Assembly: GCA_002633005.1 (NCBI GenBank)
Contig: NMRA01000669.1
Coordinates: 158,512 to 216,449, forward strand
Length of the DNA stretch: 57,938 nt
DNA from: Phoronis australis
Lineage: Eukaryota > Animalia > Phoronida
Direction: 5' to 3'
Part shown: positions 12,095-25,519 of the stretch, in pieces
Numbering within the stretch: the stretch's first letter is position 1
How the letters are laid out: the number at the start of each line of letters is the position of its first letter
Made by a program: the position numbers and the translations under genes
The notes under the pieces: generated by a model
Told to the model about the DNA's origin: nothing
Seen by the model: only the letters and a program-made list of their open reading frames with translations
Database searches by the model: none

Positions 12095-14481
12095 ATGGAT
12101 CTCCCATAAATTAGTGCCCAAGTTTGACGGCGACATCCCGTTGCTCCCAACTGATGTTCGATTCTATAGCCCAACAACAAGTTGGGAAGTTTACCCCCAT
12201 AGCCAATATCTTACACGACTCATTAACTCCATTCTGCCATTTACGGTTGGAGGGCCTGCGCTCTTTTGTTCGATAATTGCTCTAATTTCCGATCAGAGTA
12301 GCCTGATTGGGCTGGGCTGATAAAAATGAATGTTAAGTTCATATTTGAGCTTAAACCAATAGCATTTCGGAATTCCTCGTCAAATGCTGATCATGTTCCG
12401 TTTTTGAATCACCAAAATCGGCCAACTACAACAGAAGTTAGACAATCTATTGGCTGTCCAAACGGATTACCAACACACTGGGTTTGACTGTGTTCATACG
12501 CGTTCATGCAACCAACATACGTTTCCATTGAAGCCTGGGAGATAATTGGCCTGCTTGTTATCATACGGGACAAAAGACTGAGCTGGGCAGTTAAAAAATG
12601 AGCCAGATGTTATCGCACGTTCATCACCCCGGCCTCACGTCTAGAAAAGTTACTGAACGACAGAACGCTGTAATGCAGTAGTTACCTCGAATCTGAGACT
12701 CCTCAAACAAGCACTTGGATCAGAAACTCATTTACATGAATTATAATGTACTCAAGCACAGACTAATCTACACTTATCGTGAGTTTTGCTCTATTGTAGA
12801 ACAGAAAATACCCAAAATAATACCAATTCCGAGATTTTTATACGCAGACAGTTTTTTGAGAAACTGGCCCCAGGCCGGTCAGAGAACAAATGGCCTGCTA
12901 AACTGACCAGTAAACTACAATATGGTGGTGGTTTTGAATCTGTTCCAGCAAAATGTTGGCTTGGCATGAGAGGAAAGTCCTTTTTAGTTATGTGAGCAAG
13001 TAAGATCATGAAGTTGATAATACTCACCAGAGATCAGAACAATCTATTTTTTATTTGGCTTTTGCCGACAACCTGAGATTTTCGAAAGAGATAAAATGCT
13101 GTTACACAGCAGACTTCAACAATGAATCAAATGTAAGATGATTGGTGTGATGAGGGGACAAGTCTTCGCCCTTTTAATTTTTGGGAGGGTCAGTCTTTGT
13201 TGCTAAGTTACTCGACATCATTTCTATGACTAGTCATAAAACGGATTAGATCAGAAACCACTGCTCTCTGCTATGGTACGAGTCTATGTCGGTTGTAATC
13301 CCGCCGGAAGCCAGATTGTGACCGTGGACATTAGTCTGTTTCTGCATAACACAACTGAAGGAAATGTCAGATAATAGTTGCAGAAATTTTATTATGATAC
13401 AGAAATACTGAAAGAGCTACAACAAACATGGAACAGAATCTAAATCAAATTGCAGGACTTGGTGGGGGAATCACCATGACTTACACCGTAATTGCTGTTT
13501 CATCGTTTAAATAGTTGTTGGCCCCTCAATTTCACCACTAACACTCAGCAGCTTAGTCTTACTATAACTTTTGCTCAGCTCTGACAACAAATGTTTATGT
13601 TCAATCGTTACACGTAGCACAATGAATGATTAAGTGTAACATACGTCCAATAACAGTAATGGTTCAACACTCCTGTTACCCAGCTAGCGGGAATGAAAGC
13701 TGAAGATTCCTACCATTTTCTGCCTGACAATATTGAACAAGGAAAACGACACAGACAAGATTCATGAAACCTTACACAATTACGGTAAAATCCCACCAAC
13801 TTAAGACACAATATAGCAGACATGGGAAATTTTATTTTTCCATAGATATGCAGCAGCAAATTCATGCTTCTCCATAATTACATTCTGCACCACCGCAACC
13901 AAAAGACAATATTTAGAAAAGTCTTTGGCATGTGTGACAATGATAGAAACCATAAAATATTGGAGACATCCAGTTGAGGTAACAAAATATAGAGATATTG
14001 AGTCAAATACTGGAATTTGCTTACTTGAGATGGCGACGTTGCATCGGTCTCTCATGAACATCAGCTCTCCACGAACACACTGAAAGCCCCTCTGAAGGAA
14101 GATTAAGGCTCCAACTGTCACCCTTGTGGGATATTGTCCTGACCTTGATGGTTAAAATGCCACCTATTGGTCAGAACGATAATAACACCACTATCCAAGC
14201 TAAAGTCTGTGAGAGAATGATGCAAAGTCGGTAACTCAAGTAAACAAACTCCAATATTTGACTTGATTTTTCTGCATTATTGTAAGAAACGATTAAAAAG
14301 GTGAAAAAGGGGGAATTTTTGTAGTTAATTTGTGCTGTATTGGTCAGATTTGCCATAACTGTACTGTCTTTTCTGACAGCAATCTCAGAAAGATTCATGA
14401 TCCATTTATAGTTTTCTTACTTCCAGTCAAGTGGAATCATTTGGCTCAGTCTAACACGTTCTACATAGCCACCACTTCCTT

Positions 14482-14630
14482 CTAAGTGAGCCAAGACTTG
14501 AAAATGGACTTCATTTTCTCACGACTTGTCGCGTTGCCATTATTAACTGTTGGAATGATCTCGAGTGGTCTAAGAAACTGGACGAACCTCATCAGTTCAG
14601 AGTAACTGCTGTGTTCACTATAAGGAATTC
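14482..14630 (-). CDS. DCLRE1A: DNA cross-link repair 1A (SNM1A) coding exon 9, last
   Basis: [32 protein letters not shown]...SWLT*; beta-CASP motif B (SEHS) and motif C (PTV, Val typical of DNA-acting members); TAG at 14484-14482. Confidence 0.93.
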
Positions 14631-16834
14631 CTGTAACATATATCAGATGAAATAAGGGTACAGAAAAACAACAGGTAATCAGAAAAATTTTCTGTCATGG
14701 GAGGCATTTTACATCATTTTCATTATTAAGGGCTTATTAACTAAAATAAAGGAAAATGGTTGAATTTCTAGCAATTTTCATGATCTGATCAGAGTTCACT
14801 GACAAATCCACAATTATAATGACCAAGTAATCCAATGGTGAAATTAAATGACATGAATTATTAATACTGAAATACAGTAGCTTGTTTATCATTCTTCCAA
14901 GAAGTATACATGAAGTCCCATAGTCAGAATCAGACTATGAAGAGGTGCACTTTAGAAGCACTTGAGTTACATCTTTAAAAAAAGATTTTAGATAAAAGTA
15001 AACAATGCATGTCAAAAGTCTTGATGCGTTGCCCCTAATGCGATAATGCACAAAGTCATTCTGAATACAATGGATGATGTCTAGCTAGTGTGCTGAGTCA
15101 GTCAGACTATAAATTAAAGACAACAGATACGCAACTCCAACATTTTCTTGCGTACCACTCTAGAGGAGGTCCCACTCTCCTAAATTACCAAATTCAGCTT
15201 CGGGTTAGTGTATTGTGATGGGAAATTCTCGCATCTCTTTTACTGTCCAGAACAACGAAAAATAAATTTTGGCAATGAGACGCTGTTCAAAGTCTTCCAA
15301 TAATAGAATTGTGCAGAATTGTTGTTATCATGAGCACTTTCATGGTACCCGACAACACAGCAACCGACCATGATTAGCAGACGACACACTTGCCATAAGT
15401 AAAACTGCTAATTTTGCCAGGTGTCGCCAGTGAATAATGACACCACGGCTTATGCGTGAGATCACAGATCTCGTCCACTGATAATATACGGAGTTGGTCA
15501 TCCATGTACTATAATCTAAGGTCAGGCTCATTAAAACATAATAAATTATCTGACAAGACAGAAAAAACATTCAGATCCCACACTCTACACAGTTCTCTGC
15601 AAACACCCATAGCCAAGCTACTGCTTGAGCCAATACAGTATATAGTGTTAAATAATCCGACTAAATTTACAGTTTTGAACAAACAGTTATTGTTAGAGTA
15701 TGATCTCATATCTGAGTGAGTGCATGTGTAGAGTAGTTCAGAGAATTAAGTGTTACGTAATACACCCCCAACATGAGGAATTGTAGTAAACATGTTTGTT
15801 CAGTATATCCTGTTATGATTCATGTATGTCACTATATAAGTGTATGATCGCATGGATTGTAACAGACTCAGTAGTATCAGTAGAAGAGTATGTAATAAAA
15901 CTATTATCCTCCTTCAGACTAGTATTATCCTTGGACCGCGTTCTCGCACTGTGTCGCGCATTCAACGTTCCTAACCGAACAGAATGCCTTTCACTGCTAG
16001 CACATCAACAGTTATGATCATGGTTGGTACATGTAAATCATTTGTTACTGTTTTCCCCATAAAATTCTAATTGTTCACGGACATTGCCATAACTTCCTCG
16101 GACACAAAATTCTTCGCACGAAATTCATAAATTTAACAATCTTTATTTTTTTTAGCTACAATGCATATTTGGGATTTTCTCACCAAAAGGAAATGCCTTG
16201 AAAGCACCGATTCTTGACCAAAGCCTCTGCTCACCTGAGAGGAATGGTAAACTAGTGTGCCATCTGAGTACAGGTGAGAGAAAAATCCCCCTCAGCCTAC
16301 CCATCCCAGTCGTCACCAATTCAATGTTTTTGAAGCCAAGACTTCAAATCGTAATTTGCGAATTCCATGTAAAAAAGCGTGTATGTGGAAACTAATTGCT
16401 ATGTTCTTCAAGACATGACTTTTATAGAAATGCAGTCAAACCATTGCAAACATCTGTGGCCCACTTTATTAAGATGGCATGTTCAGTCATGATCGTTTTG
16501 CAAGCTCAACACTGCGTTTTTATAAGGGTGAAACGTTGAAAATGACAATTTAGTTGATAATTTTTTCATATTCATGTGTAACCATAGGCTTCATGAGCAA
16601 ATGGTTGTCAACTATGCCCAAGCTGAAGTTACAACCGTCCCAGTTATTACTGGACATACCTTTGATAAAACAGGCCACAGTATACTACTTTCGTGCATAT
16701 AATAAAATGCTGCAATCATCAAGAACTCTCATGGATATATCAATCAGTACTCAGTTGTCTAAAATCACTTGTGACCTTAAATCATGTTCATAGTCTAAAT
16801 GTGTCAAGGTCAAGTTTTAGCATAAAGGCACTGT

Positions 16835-16975
16835 ACCATAGCAAGAAATGCAGATTATCAATTTTAGTATAAATTATATCAAGGAATACAGATTATCAAT
16901 TTTAGTATGAAGTTATCATAGCAATCAATACAGATTATCAATTTTAGCTTAAACTTACCATAGCAAGCAATACAG
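16835..16975. repeat. Degenerate ~41-bp tandem repeat (about 3.5 copies) overlapping the DCLRE1A exon 8 donor
   Basis: Recurring ACCATAGCAAG.AATACAGATTATCAATTTTAG units. Confidence 0.8.
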
Positions 16976-17100
16976 TTTCTGTTCTGAGTAGGCTGCAGGT
17001 TTCTCAGGTCAGTCTTGCCACTATGGGTCCATCCAGTCGGGGAGAATGATACGATATGCGAGAAACATTGCTTGTACTTTTTCAGGTGCTCTTGAAGTCT
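16959..17100 (-). CDS. DCLRE1A: DCLRE1A coding exon 8
   Basis: RLQEHLKKYKQCFSHIVSFSPTGWTHSG...ACY with the PTGW motif; tttag acceptor and G|gtaagt donor; phase 0 to 1. Confidence 0.92.
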
Positions 17101-18337
17101 CTAAACAAAACGATAATAGTGAGGACTAGGCTGGTAAGACCCTGGAAAAATGGTCAAATTTGGCTAGCTTCGGACCATCATACCCAAGAGATAGCTGACT
17201 GAATTCGTAATTATGAAATTTCAAGTTTCATACTATGTACTGTTCTACAAAATACCGTATTAAGGAAATATTCCAGTTTTGTAAGAGAAGATAGTTTTAT
17301 GATTAACTTGAAGAAATTCAAGAGTTGCATAAAATGAAAACAAAGAATTTTGAGATTTCGTTTTGGACATTTATATCAAACGTAACGTGGTTAGCAATTG
17401 ATGTCATTGTTTGGCTGCGAATGTACATGTACTAGCTAACAAATGCTCATGAGCCTCAAATGGTGTTAGGTCAAAAATCAAATTCTACAAAGTTTCTTCT
17501 TTTAGAAAATCCATACTTTCAGGGAGCCAGAGTTAAAGCCTAGTTTTGTACACACTTGGCTCAATGCACAGAGGTGACAGTTACCACATGACCTCATTAA
17601 AGGCAGTTTGTTCATAAGTTAAGAATTCAATTCTTCCTTACAAGCAAACTTACAGATCATGTACACTGTGTGAGTACTGACACACAACTTCCCATCTTGG
17701 TGGAAAACAGAAAATTCATTTAATTAATACTGTGACATATCGTGGGCTTGGGAATATACATGTAAACTTTAATGGAATCAACTCATAAAATCGAAGACGG
17801 GTAAATAAAATTTAAAACTAAAGGGTCTTAATTCAAGTTCACAAATTAGATTTCAGGCCTTAACTGATAACAATAGAGGGCTCACCAGTTGACACATTAT
17901 TTTGCAGATGAAAACACTCAACGTAAAAACAGTCTTTATGCTTCAGAAGGCATTGAAAGCAAGACATTTGAGGAAGCCCAGCCATTTTGGAATAATTATT
18001 ATTATTGAGTTTTATGAAATTCATACAAGGTGCAAAAACAATTTTCACTAACTTGTACTCCACGGACTTTGTACAGTATCATAAATCTCACAATAGACAT
18101 AGTCCCACAATTTTCAGACTAAGCAACTAGATGTGCTATAACATAACTCATAATTCAGGACCAGTCAACTCTCGATTCATCCTGCCAAATTGTTCAGGTG
18201 ATGACTCAAAACATCAGCTTGAAATAGAAGACATACATTTACAATGGCCGTGTAATGTTTATTTTTGTCATAACACTAATGCACGAGTAATTCTATTAGT
18301 TATGCATTTATCTTGTGCATCGGCATTTTTACAATAA

Positions 18338-18513
18338 ATACTACAACCGTATACTACAACCGTATACTACAACCGTATACTACAACCGTATACTACAACC
18401 GTATACTACAACCGTATACTACACCCATATATTACAACCATATACTACAACCTTATACTACAACCGTATACTACAACCGTATACTACAACCGTATACTAC
18501 AACCGTATACTAT
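18338..18513. repeat. 13-bp minisatellite (ATACTACAACCGT), about 13 copies
   Basis: Directly visible tandem array with a few variant units. Confidence 0.95.
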
Positions 18514-19152
18514 AATTGCCATGATCTTAATATGCACTACGCTACATTGTGAAAATTTACAACTCTGTATTGCCCAATGTTTGCGAGGCTGGCGTAAAAT
18601 TCAAGTACAACGGGAACCTTCACTGATTTGGTCATCCACAGTCAAATTATTTTACATTACATGTCCAGATGTTATTAAGGAATTGTAATTTCAAGATGCT
18701 TTGTTGCTATGATGCACGCTGTGATAACTCTACTGTACACTGTGAGGGTCAAGGTCATTAGATGGCCTTGATTGCTTGTCCTGATGATGATGTTTGAGAC
18801 ATCAAAACATGTTGAAGTTGAAGAAAAATATCATCGTTTTTAACTTTGACCATACGGTTTAACAGATACCTGACCAGTAAAACATTTACAGAGAACACCT
18901 AGTTTTTTTTTTAATCCAACAACTTTGGGATCAGCACAGATAGTGCTTATACCAAACGTTTTATTTTCAATTCTATTTTAACAATGGATACCTTTTATTA
19001 ATAAATGAATTGAAATATGCCAGCTTGGTAAAAAGACATGCTTGAAATCTGTGGAATCTACTTTTACAAGTCACAATATCTGTGGTTCGTGGGAAGAGAA
19101 AATTGAACTGAACAAAGCACCATTGTTAGCAGAGCCACATTATACTACCTAC

Positions 19153-19307
19153 GTCAAATCTCAGTTGCATCATGGGAAGTACGTGTATCTGGGCAGTTTC
19201 CCACTTGGTAGTGAGCCGGGCCAAAATGCGTGAATCCCCGATACAATTTAGCACGGCCAGCTTATCCTTTGTGACGCAGATTTTTATGTCCAAAGCCTCA
19301 GCAATTC
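19153..19307 (-). CDS. DCLRE1A: DCLRE1A coding exon 7
   Basis: GIAEALDIKICVTKDK...AQIHVLPMMQLRFD; canonical splice sites; phase 1 to 0. Confidence 0.9.
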
Positions 19308-20175
19308 CTGCAAACACACTGATACTGGCAAATGGAACAATGCAATTTGGATAAAACCATCATTTAATAGACAACATAATAATAGTAAAATGAGTACAAC
19401 TGTGTTTAAAACAAACTATTAAAGTTTAACTTATTAAACAATGCTTTCTATTTGACAAAATGCTTGCACCGCAAATAATTTGCATTGAAGAAATGATAGC
19501 AAAATACGTAATGTGATACAACATTAGGGGAAATGCAAAACCTCTGCCCATGGTAAGCAAAGTATCCTTTGATCTCATGGTACACATATCAACTTCCTCA
19601 GTTATCCCCAGTACTAGAGAGAGGGCTGAGCATGTTGGCTTTAACTTTATTGACTCGGGTTACAAACCACACAGCTGCCTGGCTCTACTGAATTATTGTT
19701 CTGGGTTGTTCTTGCTTTTCCGAGTTTAAAAGTTTGTGCATATCCGTCTTAATTACAGAAAAACTTCACATTTCTTTTTTAAAGCACAAAAATTGACCTA
19801 CGAATAATGAGGTTACAGACGTGACCAGTTGAGTATTGCGATGTGGAAAGTAATCCCCGAAGTCAGACACTGTTCGAAAACAGGTGGCCAGATAATGGCT
19901 ACTGCTAACTGATATGGCTTGTGCCCATCACTACAGGGAACTGGACTGGTGCGACAACTTTCTCACGCACATTTTGAATTTCAATATTTTGGCTAATGAA
20001 TATTTTGCTTTAAAAAACACACACTACATTGAGTCAAAATACCAAAATACCAAAGGCTAAAACTCTGAATGCCTTTTGAGCATCATTGTGACTTACAATA
20101 CTTCATGGCATGAGGGCAAAAACATACAGCCAGTGGTTGCATTAACTTAAGCCATTTTCTCAACTCAAAGCATAC

Positions 20176-20321
20176 CCATGAAAATCTTCTCTTTGCCAAT
20201 GGTGTATGAGCCACAAACAATCAGGGTCCTGGGATTTTTCTTCATGGCTTCAGTAGCCACAGAAACGGCAAGCTGCACCATATCACTTTGTGGAGGAAAT
20301 GTGTAGGATGGATCACAGTAC
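20176..20321 (-). CDS. DCLRE1A: DCLRE1A coding exon 6
   Basis: YCDPSYTFPPQ...LIVCGSYTIGKEKIF; phase 2 to 1. Confidence 0.93.
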
Positions 20322-22608
20322 CTAGTAACAAACAGAGAAATAGAAAGCCTTAAAGTGTGGCTAGTATAAACTTGTGTTTCGTCTGACAAGCGAGCTTTTT
20401 GGTTTAGACAAGTTGCCATAACAAAAATGCCCTCGTCTTGTTCCATACTGGGGCGAGAAATGATTTCTGAATTTGCAAAGAACTGGCAGTTTTTCATTCC
20501 TCGAGACAATGCTCGGTACATAAAACCTCACGCCATGACAGCCAACTTGTAGCCTCTGGTCTCGAACAAAAACGAACTATCCATTCTTTCAAAGTCCTGA
20601 AGTCACCTCCCATTTGAATGAGGAACACTTTGAGGCCAATTCCTTAATAGTAATTGGTCTAGCTTGGAGATTCCGATGTTGGGAGACAGAAACAACCCAT
20701 CTTCCTCCATCATGCTAGTGGTGCATAACATGATGAGGCCTTCCATTGCACCTCATAGAGTTCCTCTTCAGCACTGATGACTTGTTGGACCTTAAGGTTA
20801 TGTACCTTAAGTTTGGAACGTCATATCTAAAAATTGGCTAGTCGGATTCAAATGAATTTACTTTTGAAACTTTCAAGAACAGCAGCAGCTGTGCCTTATG
20901 CCCTCTTCTCTAAATGACTGCAACAAATCTTTACTTCTAAACTGATCCAGTTTTTCAAAAGGGGCCATGAAAAATAGGACTTTTATGAAAAAAAAACAGA
21001 TACATTGAACAAAACGAAAACAAAATTGTAACAGCATTTTGAAATTTCATCTTAAACATTAGATAAAATGCAATGGATGACAAGGTTTTGTTATGAATGT
21101 ACCTTCGTTTTCCCTATAATTTACCACAAAGACCTAAATAATGGCAGACTGGCACAAAGTCAAAAATCAAATTTTACAAGTTTGCAGCGTAATATCTTAT
21201 AGCTTTACTCAGTACAGAGACTTGTCATGGCCCTCTACAACTTTACCAAGATGAGAAATCACTTAGAATCTCATTTGGGCAAATAACGGACACAGGTGGA
21301 GACCAGATATTCCAAAGCTAGTGATTTTAACAATGAAAATAACCAAAGTTGAATACACTGGGTTTAAAAGATAACAGTTAAAATGTTAAGTATTTAGATC
21401 ATCCCCAAGACTGATTCAAACCCAACAGCTCAACAGTCGCAGTCCATTATTTGCTACTGGAGATAAAAGCTAGGCTAGCAAGCGGGAATTGTAAGCGTAA
21501 CTGAAGAGGTCACTTGCCTCAATTTCAGTTAATGCTTCTGACTGGAAGCCAACATTGAGAATTGGCAATTCCGCAATTTCCTACAAAACATGAACTTCAA
21601 AAATGCATTTTCAGCCCTATGTCCAACTGTGTCCCTTTGAAAATAAATAACGTGGAACAAAAGATGTCACTGTTTAGTAACACCTGTAATTGCTGACAGT
21701 AAATTCTACCCAATTTTGCCCAATCTTCTTTTGATATTCAAAGGTTTCTAACATTGTCATGAGTGTCCAAAATTTCAAAAAACAATGTCTGAGGGTGCCT
21801 ATGATATAGAACATGAACACAGTAACTACATGTATTAGTATCTGTACATTATTCAGACATTAGGCAAAATTACTGCAGAAATTGTCCATATTACATGTTC
21901 CGAATTTTATCAGGTGTCATTCTGTGGCACTTGGAAATAAAATTCGCTGCATAATGAATACAATTGATGAAGAATTTGACAACATAATATTATTCAACTG
22001 ATATTCACCACACTGGAGAAGGACTACTGCCATACTACACAATGACAACACAAAGTTACCGTGAATGATTGACTTGCAGTAAATTTCAAAAAAAAAACTG
22101 AACTGACAGTCGAAATTCAACTAGTTTCCTTGAAGTTACGGGTAAAATCTGGAAGGAAACCGTGCAAAAACTAATCAGAATTGCCGATATTCGATGAAAA
22201 GAAATTTTGCCAACTTTTAGTTGAAAAGTACCATCGTGTCAAACGATGATTCCAGTTGCTAATAAAAAATACTGGGTGTCATCCCAAAAAATGAACTCAC
22301 ACTGTATTTTAAAGCCTTGTTGTGAAAGTAAATAGCTGCCATATGCTTTGTTAGCACGGTAATGGCAAACAAGACTTAGCTTTGGTGAACAAAAGTTCAT
22401 CACACAATGCTAAAAAATGTCAAGGAAGAGCAAAGACAGGTAATTGTTTTCCTAGGTTAATTTTAACAATTAATTCACAATGATTTACAAACTAAGTTAC
22501 TTACTTTTGGTCACCTCTTTTTGAATTTATTGTCAGTATTGTCATTTGAAGAGTGAGTACATTTTTAGGACACCCTAAACATTAGGCTTTAAGTACAAAC
22601 TGACTAAC

Positions 22609-22752
22609 GTGGTGTCCAAGTAAAGATGCCTTATCCTGATATTCTGCAACTCTGGGTAATGTTCCATTTCAACACAAGCTCGGAAATCTCCAACGTGCAG
22701 GCAACAATGTCCATTTTTCAATTTGAAGAGAAACATCACAGCACCGGGGCAA
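22609..22752 (-). CDS. DCLRE1A: DCLRE1A coding exon 5
   Basis: (H)CPGAVMFLF...LHVGDFRA...LYLDTT; MBL motifs 3 and 4 and beta-CASP motif A; phase 2-2. Confidence 0.93.
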
Positions 22753-23579
22753 CTAAAAGAATGTAACCAATTAATAAAAAAGATAATCATTTGCAAGAAC
22801 AAAGCAACATTATGAAGGAAAAATCAAAAGGCCAGCAAGGTGGCAATAGACTGAGTTTTCCATTTTAATTTTTCTAACACAATGAATCTAATTTCCATTG
22901 GTCAGTGATAACTGGAAGATTTTCTGTTCCTCAAGCTTCATGAAAATCCTGCTAAGAACAGATGAAACATTAGAATGGTTGCATGACTGTGAAATTTATT
23001 GTCATTTGATGTAAAAGTGTTACGTGATTTAGCTGTACTGAGTGTTGCATTGTCTTCTTCTGTTATAAGTTATGTTAGGTTATATTATGTTGTTAAGTTA
23101 AGTACCAACACATTTTAAAATAGAAACACTTTGACAAAACCACCAGACTGTCAAACTTGGAGGAGCTTCAAACCAGATTTGGCAGTTTTTAAGTAAAACA
23201 TTTGTTGCACTAAAACCATTTTTGATGAAGAGCTAATGTGACATTATTGCTAATTATTCAATTTGGTGACAGGACAAAGTAAGTCATCGCAACTTAAAGT
23301 GCGTGGAGCAACACCTGTCGAGATCTTGTCACAATTTAACGAGAGCTCAGAAACAGATTCTTGCAGAAATAAAATTTGCATCAGATTTATGCACTGAAAC
23401 TTCACCAAATTCAGAGACTGTTTATTTTGAAAACTAACCTACGTTAAGTCTCTGCAGATTCTTGAGCAACTAGACTTTGTGCTGTAACTCCCATTTTTAG
23501 GCTATGACACTTCTGATGAATAAAAGAATGTGTTTTTGTTGCTTAAATTCAACGGTAAGAAAGGAATACTTATCAGACT

Positions 23580-23708
23580 AAAGTTAACACTTGCAATACT
23601 ATGACAAAGCCAAAGTTAACATTGCAATACTATGACAAAACCAAAGTTAACACTTGCAATACTATGACAAAGCCAAAGTTAACACTTGCAATACTATGAC
23701 AAAGCCAA
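23580..23708. repeat. 32-bp tandem repeat, 4 copies
   Basis: AAAGTTAACACTTGCAATACTATGACAAAGCC repeated with minor changes. Confidence 0.93.
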
Positions 23709-24024
23709 TTATAATTAAAAGACACAATACATCAGAGCTCACGACTGAAGACAGACAAGCACAGGATAACACCTGACAGAAGAGAATATAATATTATGAA
23801 GGTATGACTTTGAACAACCCAAGGTACGTGTTACTATTCTGAGTGTACTGTGGTGTTCATCAAACCAGGGCCTGTGTTTCTAGGGGTTTCAAACAGTGGA
23901 GTGCAAACAAGATTACACTCCAAATGCTCTGATTTGAAATGTAGAGCGGGAAAAGAATTGATTTGGCCTTTACCAATTAATTTTAAGTCAGGGTCAGGGG
24001 TCACTAAACATTTGACCTACTTAC

Positions 24025-24143
24025 TGATTTGCATCAAGCAGGGTAACTTCAACATTCTCAATGACGTGAGGTGTGTTCATGGAGAGCCGGCGAATAAAAT
24101 GAGGCTTCACACGAAGTTTCTTTTCAACTAGGTTTCCTGTAAT
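24025..24143 (-). CDS. DCLRE1A: DCLRE1A coding exon 4
   Basis: ITGNLVEKKLRV...VEVTLLDAN(H); gaag acceptor and CA|gtaagt donor; phase 0 to 2. Confidence 0.92.
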
Positions 24144-24994
24144 CTTCAAACAAAGAGGTCACCTCTCATTGAATATTTAAACAGAAAACTTGCAGTCATT
24201 CATTTGTTTATATCAGCAGAAAGAAAAAAAATGAGACTTCCACCAACTGAAGACGTCAAAACAGTAAATGCTCCGGGCCCATACACCAATATCCAAAATT
24301 CGAAGAGAAATGTTTTCTTAAAAATGTTTCTCATATAGACCCGGTACGGTTAAGTTCCCTTTACAGTACAGTTAATCTATTGCACAAGCACGTGTCTAGC
24401 TCTGGATATAGGTACATGGCATGCATTGTCCTTTACGTAATATTCCAAAGCCAAACACTTTCCTATAACTAAGTTTAACAGTGCATTTTCTTGAAATTCA
24501 CTCCAAACAGATGTCTTGTTTGGCTCACTTTTTTTGAAGAAGTTAAGTGGGTGGTACACAGTTTGGACCAGTGCATAACTGTGACTAAAGAATGCAAACT
24601 TGGTTTTAACGCTTTCATTCGCAGAGGATTGAATAAAATAAGAACGCACTGAATAAGACCAATGAGAACAATGTGCATTGACCAAAGACTAAAATCATTG
24701 ATTTAACCTTCCCAATTTGAAATGAAAAACAAAAATAAGTGCTCAATAAGGTTCCCAACTGACTACATATTCCACATTTACAGGTATATCCAGTATCACT
24801 ATTAGGAACCAGACTCCTCGCACTCATTTGGGGTGCTCATCATTAGATTCAATTTCAATGAATTTCCCGCCAGAACGTTGCTTTGAAGTCCGTACTATAT
24901 GAGCCTACATCATTTGCAATAATCTTTGGCAATGGTTACTTAAAGAGAGAAAACCAATTTTCTCCACTGAGTAACAGGCACCAAACAGGTTCTC

Positions 24995-25060
24995 AAAATG
25001 TGAGACATCTGTAGGCAACTGTAAGAACCAAAATGTGAGACCTCTGCAGGCAACTGTAAG
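24995..25060. repeat. ~35-bp tandem duplication
   Basis: CAAAATGTGAGAC.TCTG.AGGCAACTGTAAG occurs twice. Confidence 0.8.
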
Positions 25061-25385
25061 TGCCCAATCTTCACTACGTTCCATGAGATAAAATTACAGA
25101 GGTTCGCCAAAATGATCACTTGATTTACTCATGGCTTATGTATAGCCTGCACATGCATGAAATTCCAGGCATGGCACTGCTCCGAATAAAGACACAACAA
25201 AAGTCATTAACCTAAATTACGCACACAAATACTAATTGTAATGACACAGCAAATGTTCGAAAAGAAAACTCACAACCATTGCTAGGTTACGGTGTAATGT
25301 ATTTTGAGCCTTCTTTTCTCAGGTTGTCCAACAAAGTCAGTCAAGTACATACAAGATGCTTACAGTATGGGGAGACTCAACTAAC

Positions 25386-25519
25386 CTGGCTACAGTATAT
25401 AGGCTGTGAAAATTTGTTGGTGAGTCCACCATAATGATCGTAGTGGAAGTGACTTAGGAAGTAGGCACTGCATCCAGGAATGACACCGTATGAGAATGCG
25501 TCCACGGTAATGGATGATC
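25386..25519 (-). CDS. DCLRE1A: DCLRE1A coding exon 3 (metallo-beta-lactamase HxHxDH)
   Basis: [33 protein letters not shown]...IYCSQ; phase 1 to 0. Confidence 0.95.

Larger units (their letters stand above)
10971..12550 (-). promoter_or_regulatory. Probable CREBRF promoter / 5' regulatory region
   Basis: CpG-richer DNA. CACGTG overlapping TGACGTCA at 10980-10991; ATTGCATCA at 11159-11167; several CCAAT/ATTGG boxes at about 12200-12550; strong minus-strand donors (gtgagt) next to 11476 and 10519 that could end non-coding first exons. Confidence 0.45.

Noticed and set aside
11767-12180. ORFs across poly-X
   Set aside because: Artefacts of the N gap.
18313-18552. ORFs with repeated YYNRILQPYTTTV
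   Set aside because: Translation of a 13-bp minisatellite; all three frames give the same cyclic peptide.
23580-23708. CRISPR-like 32-bp repeats
   Set aside because: No spacers, eukaryotic intron, no cas genes; a simple tandem repeat.
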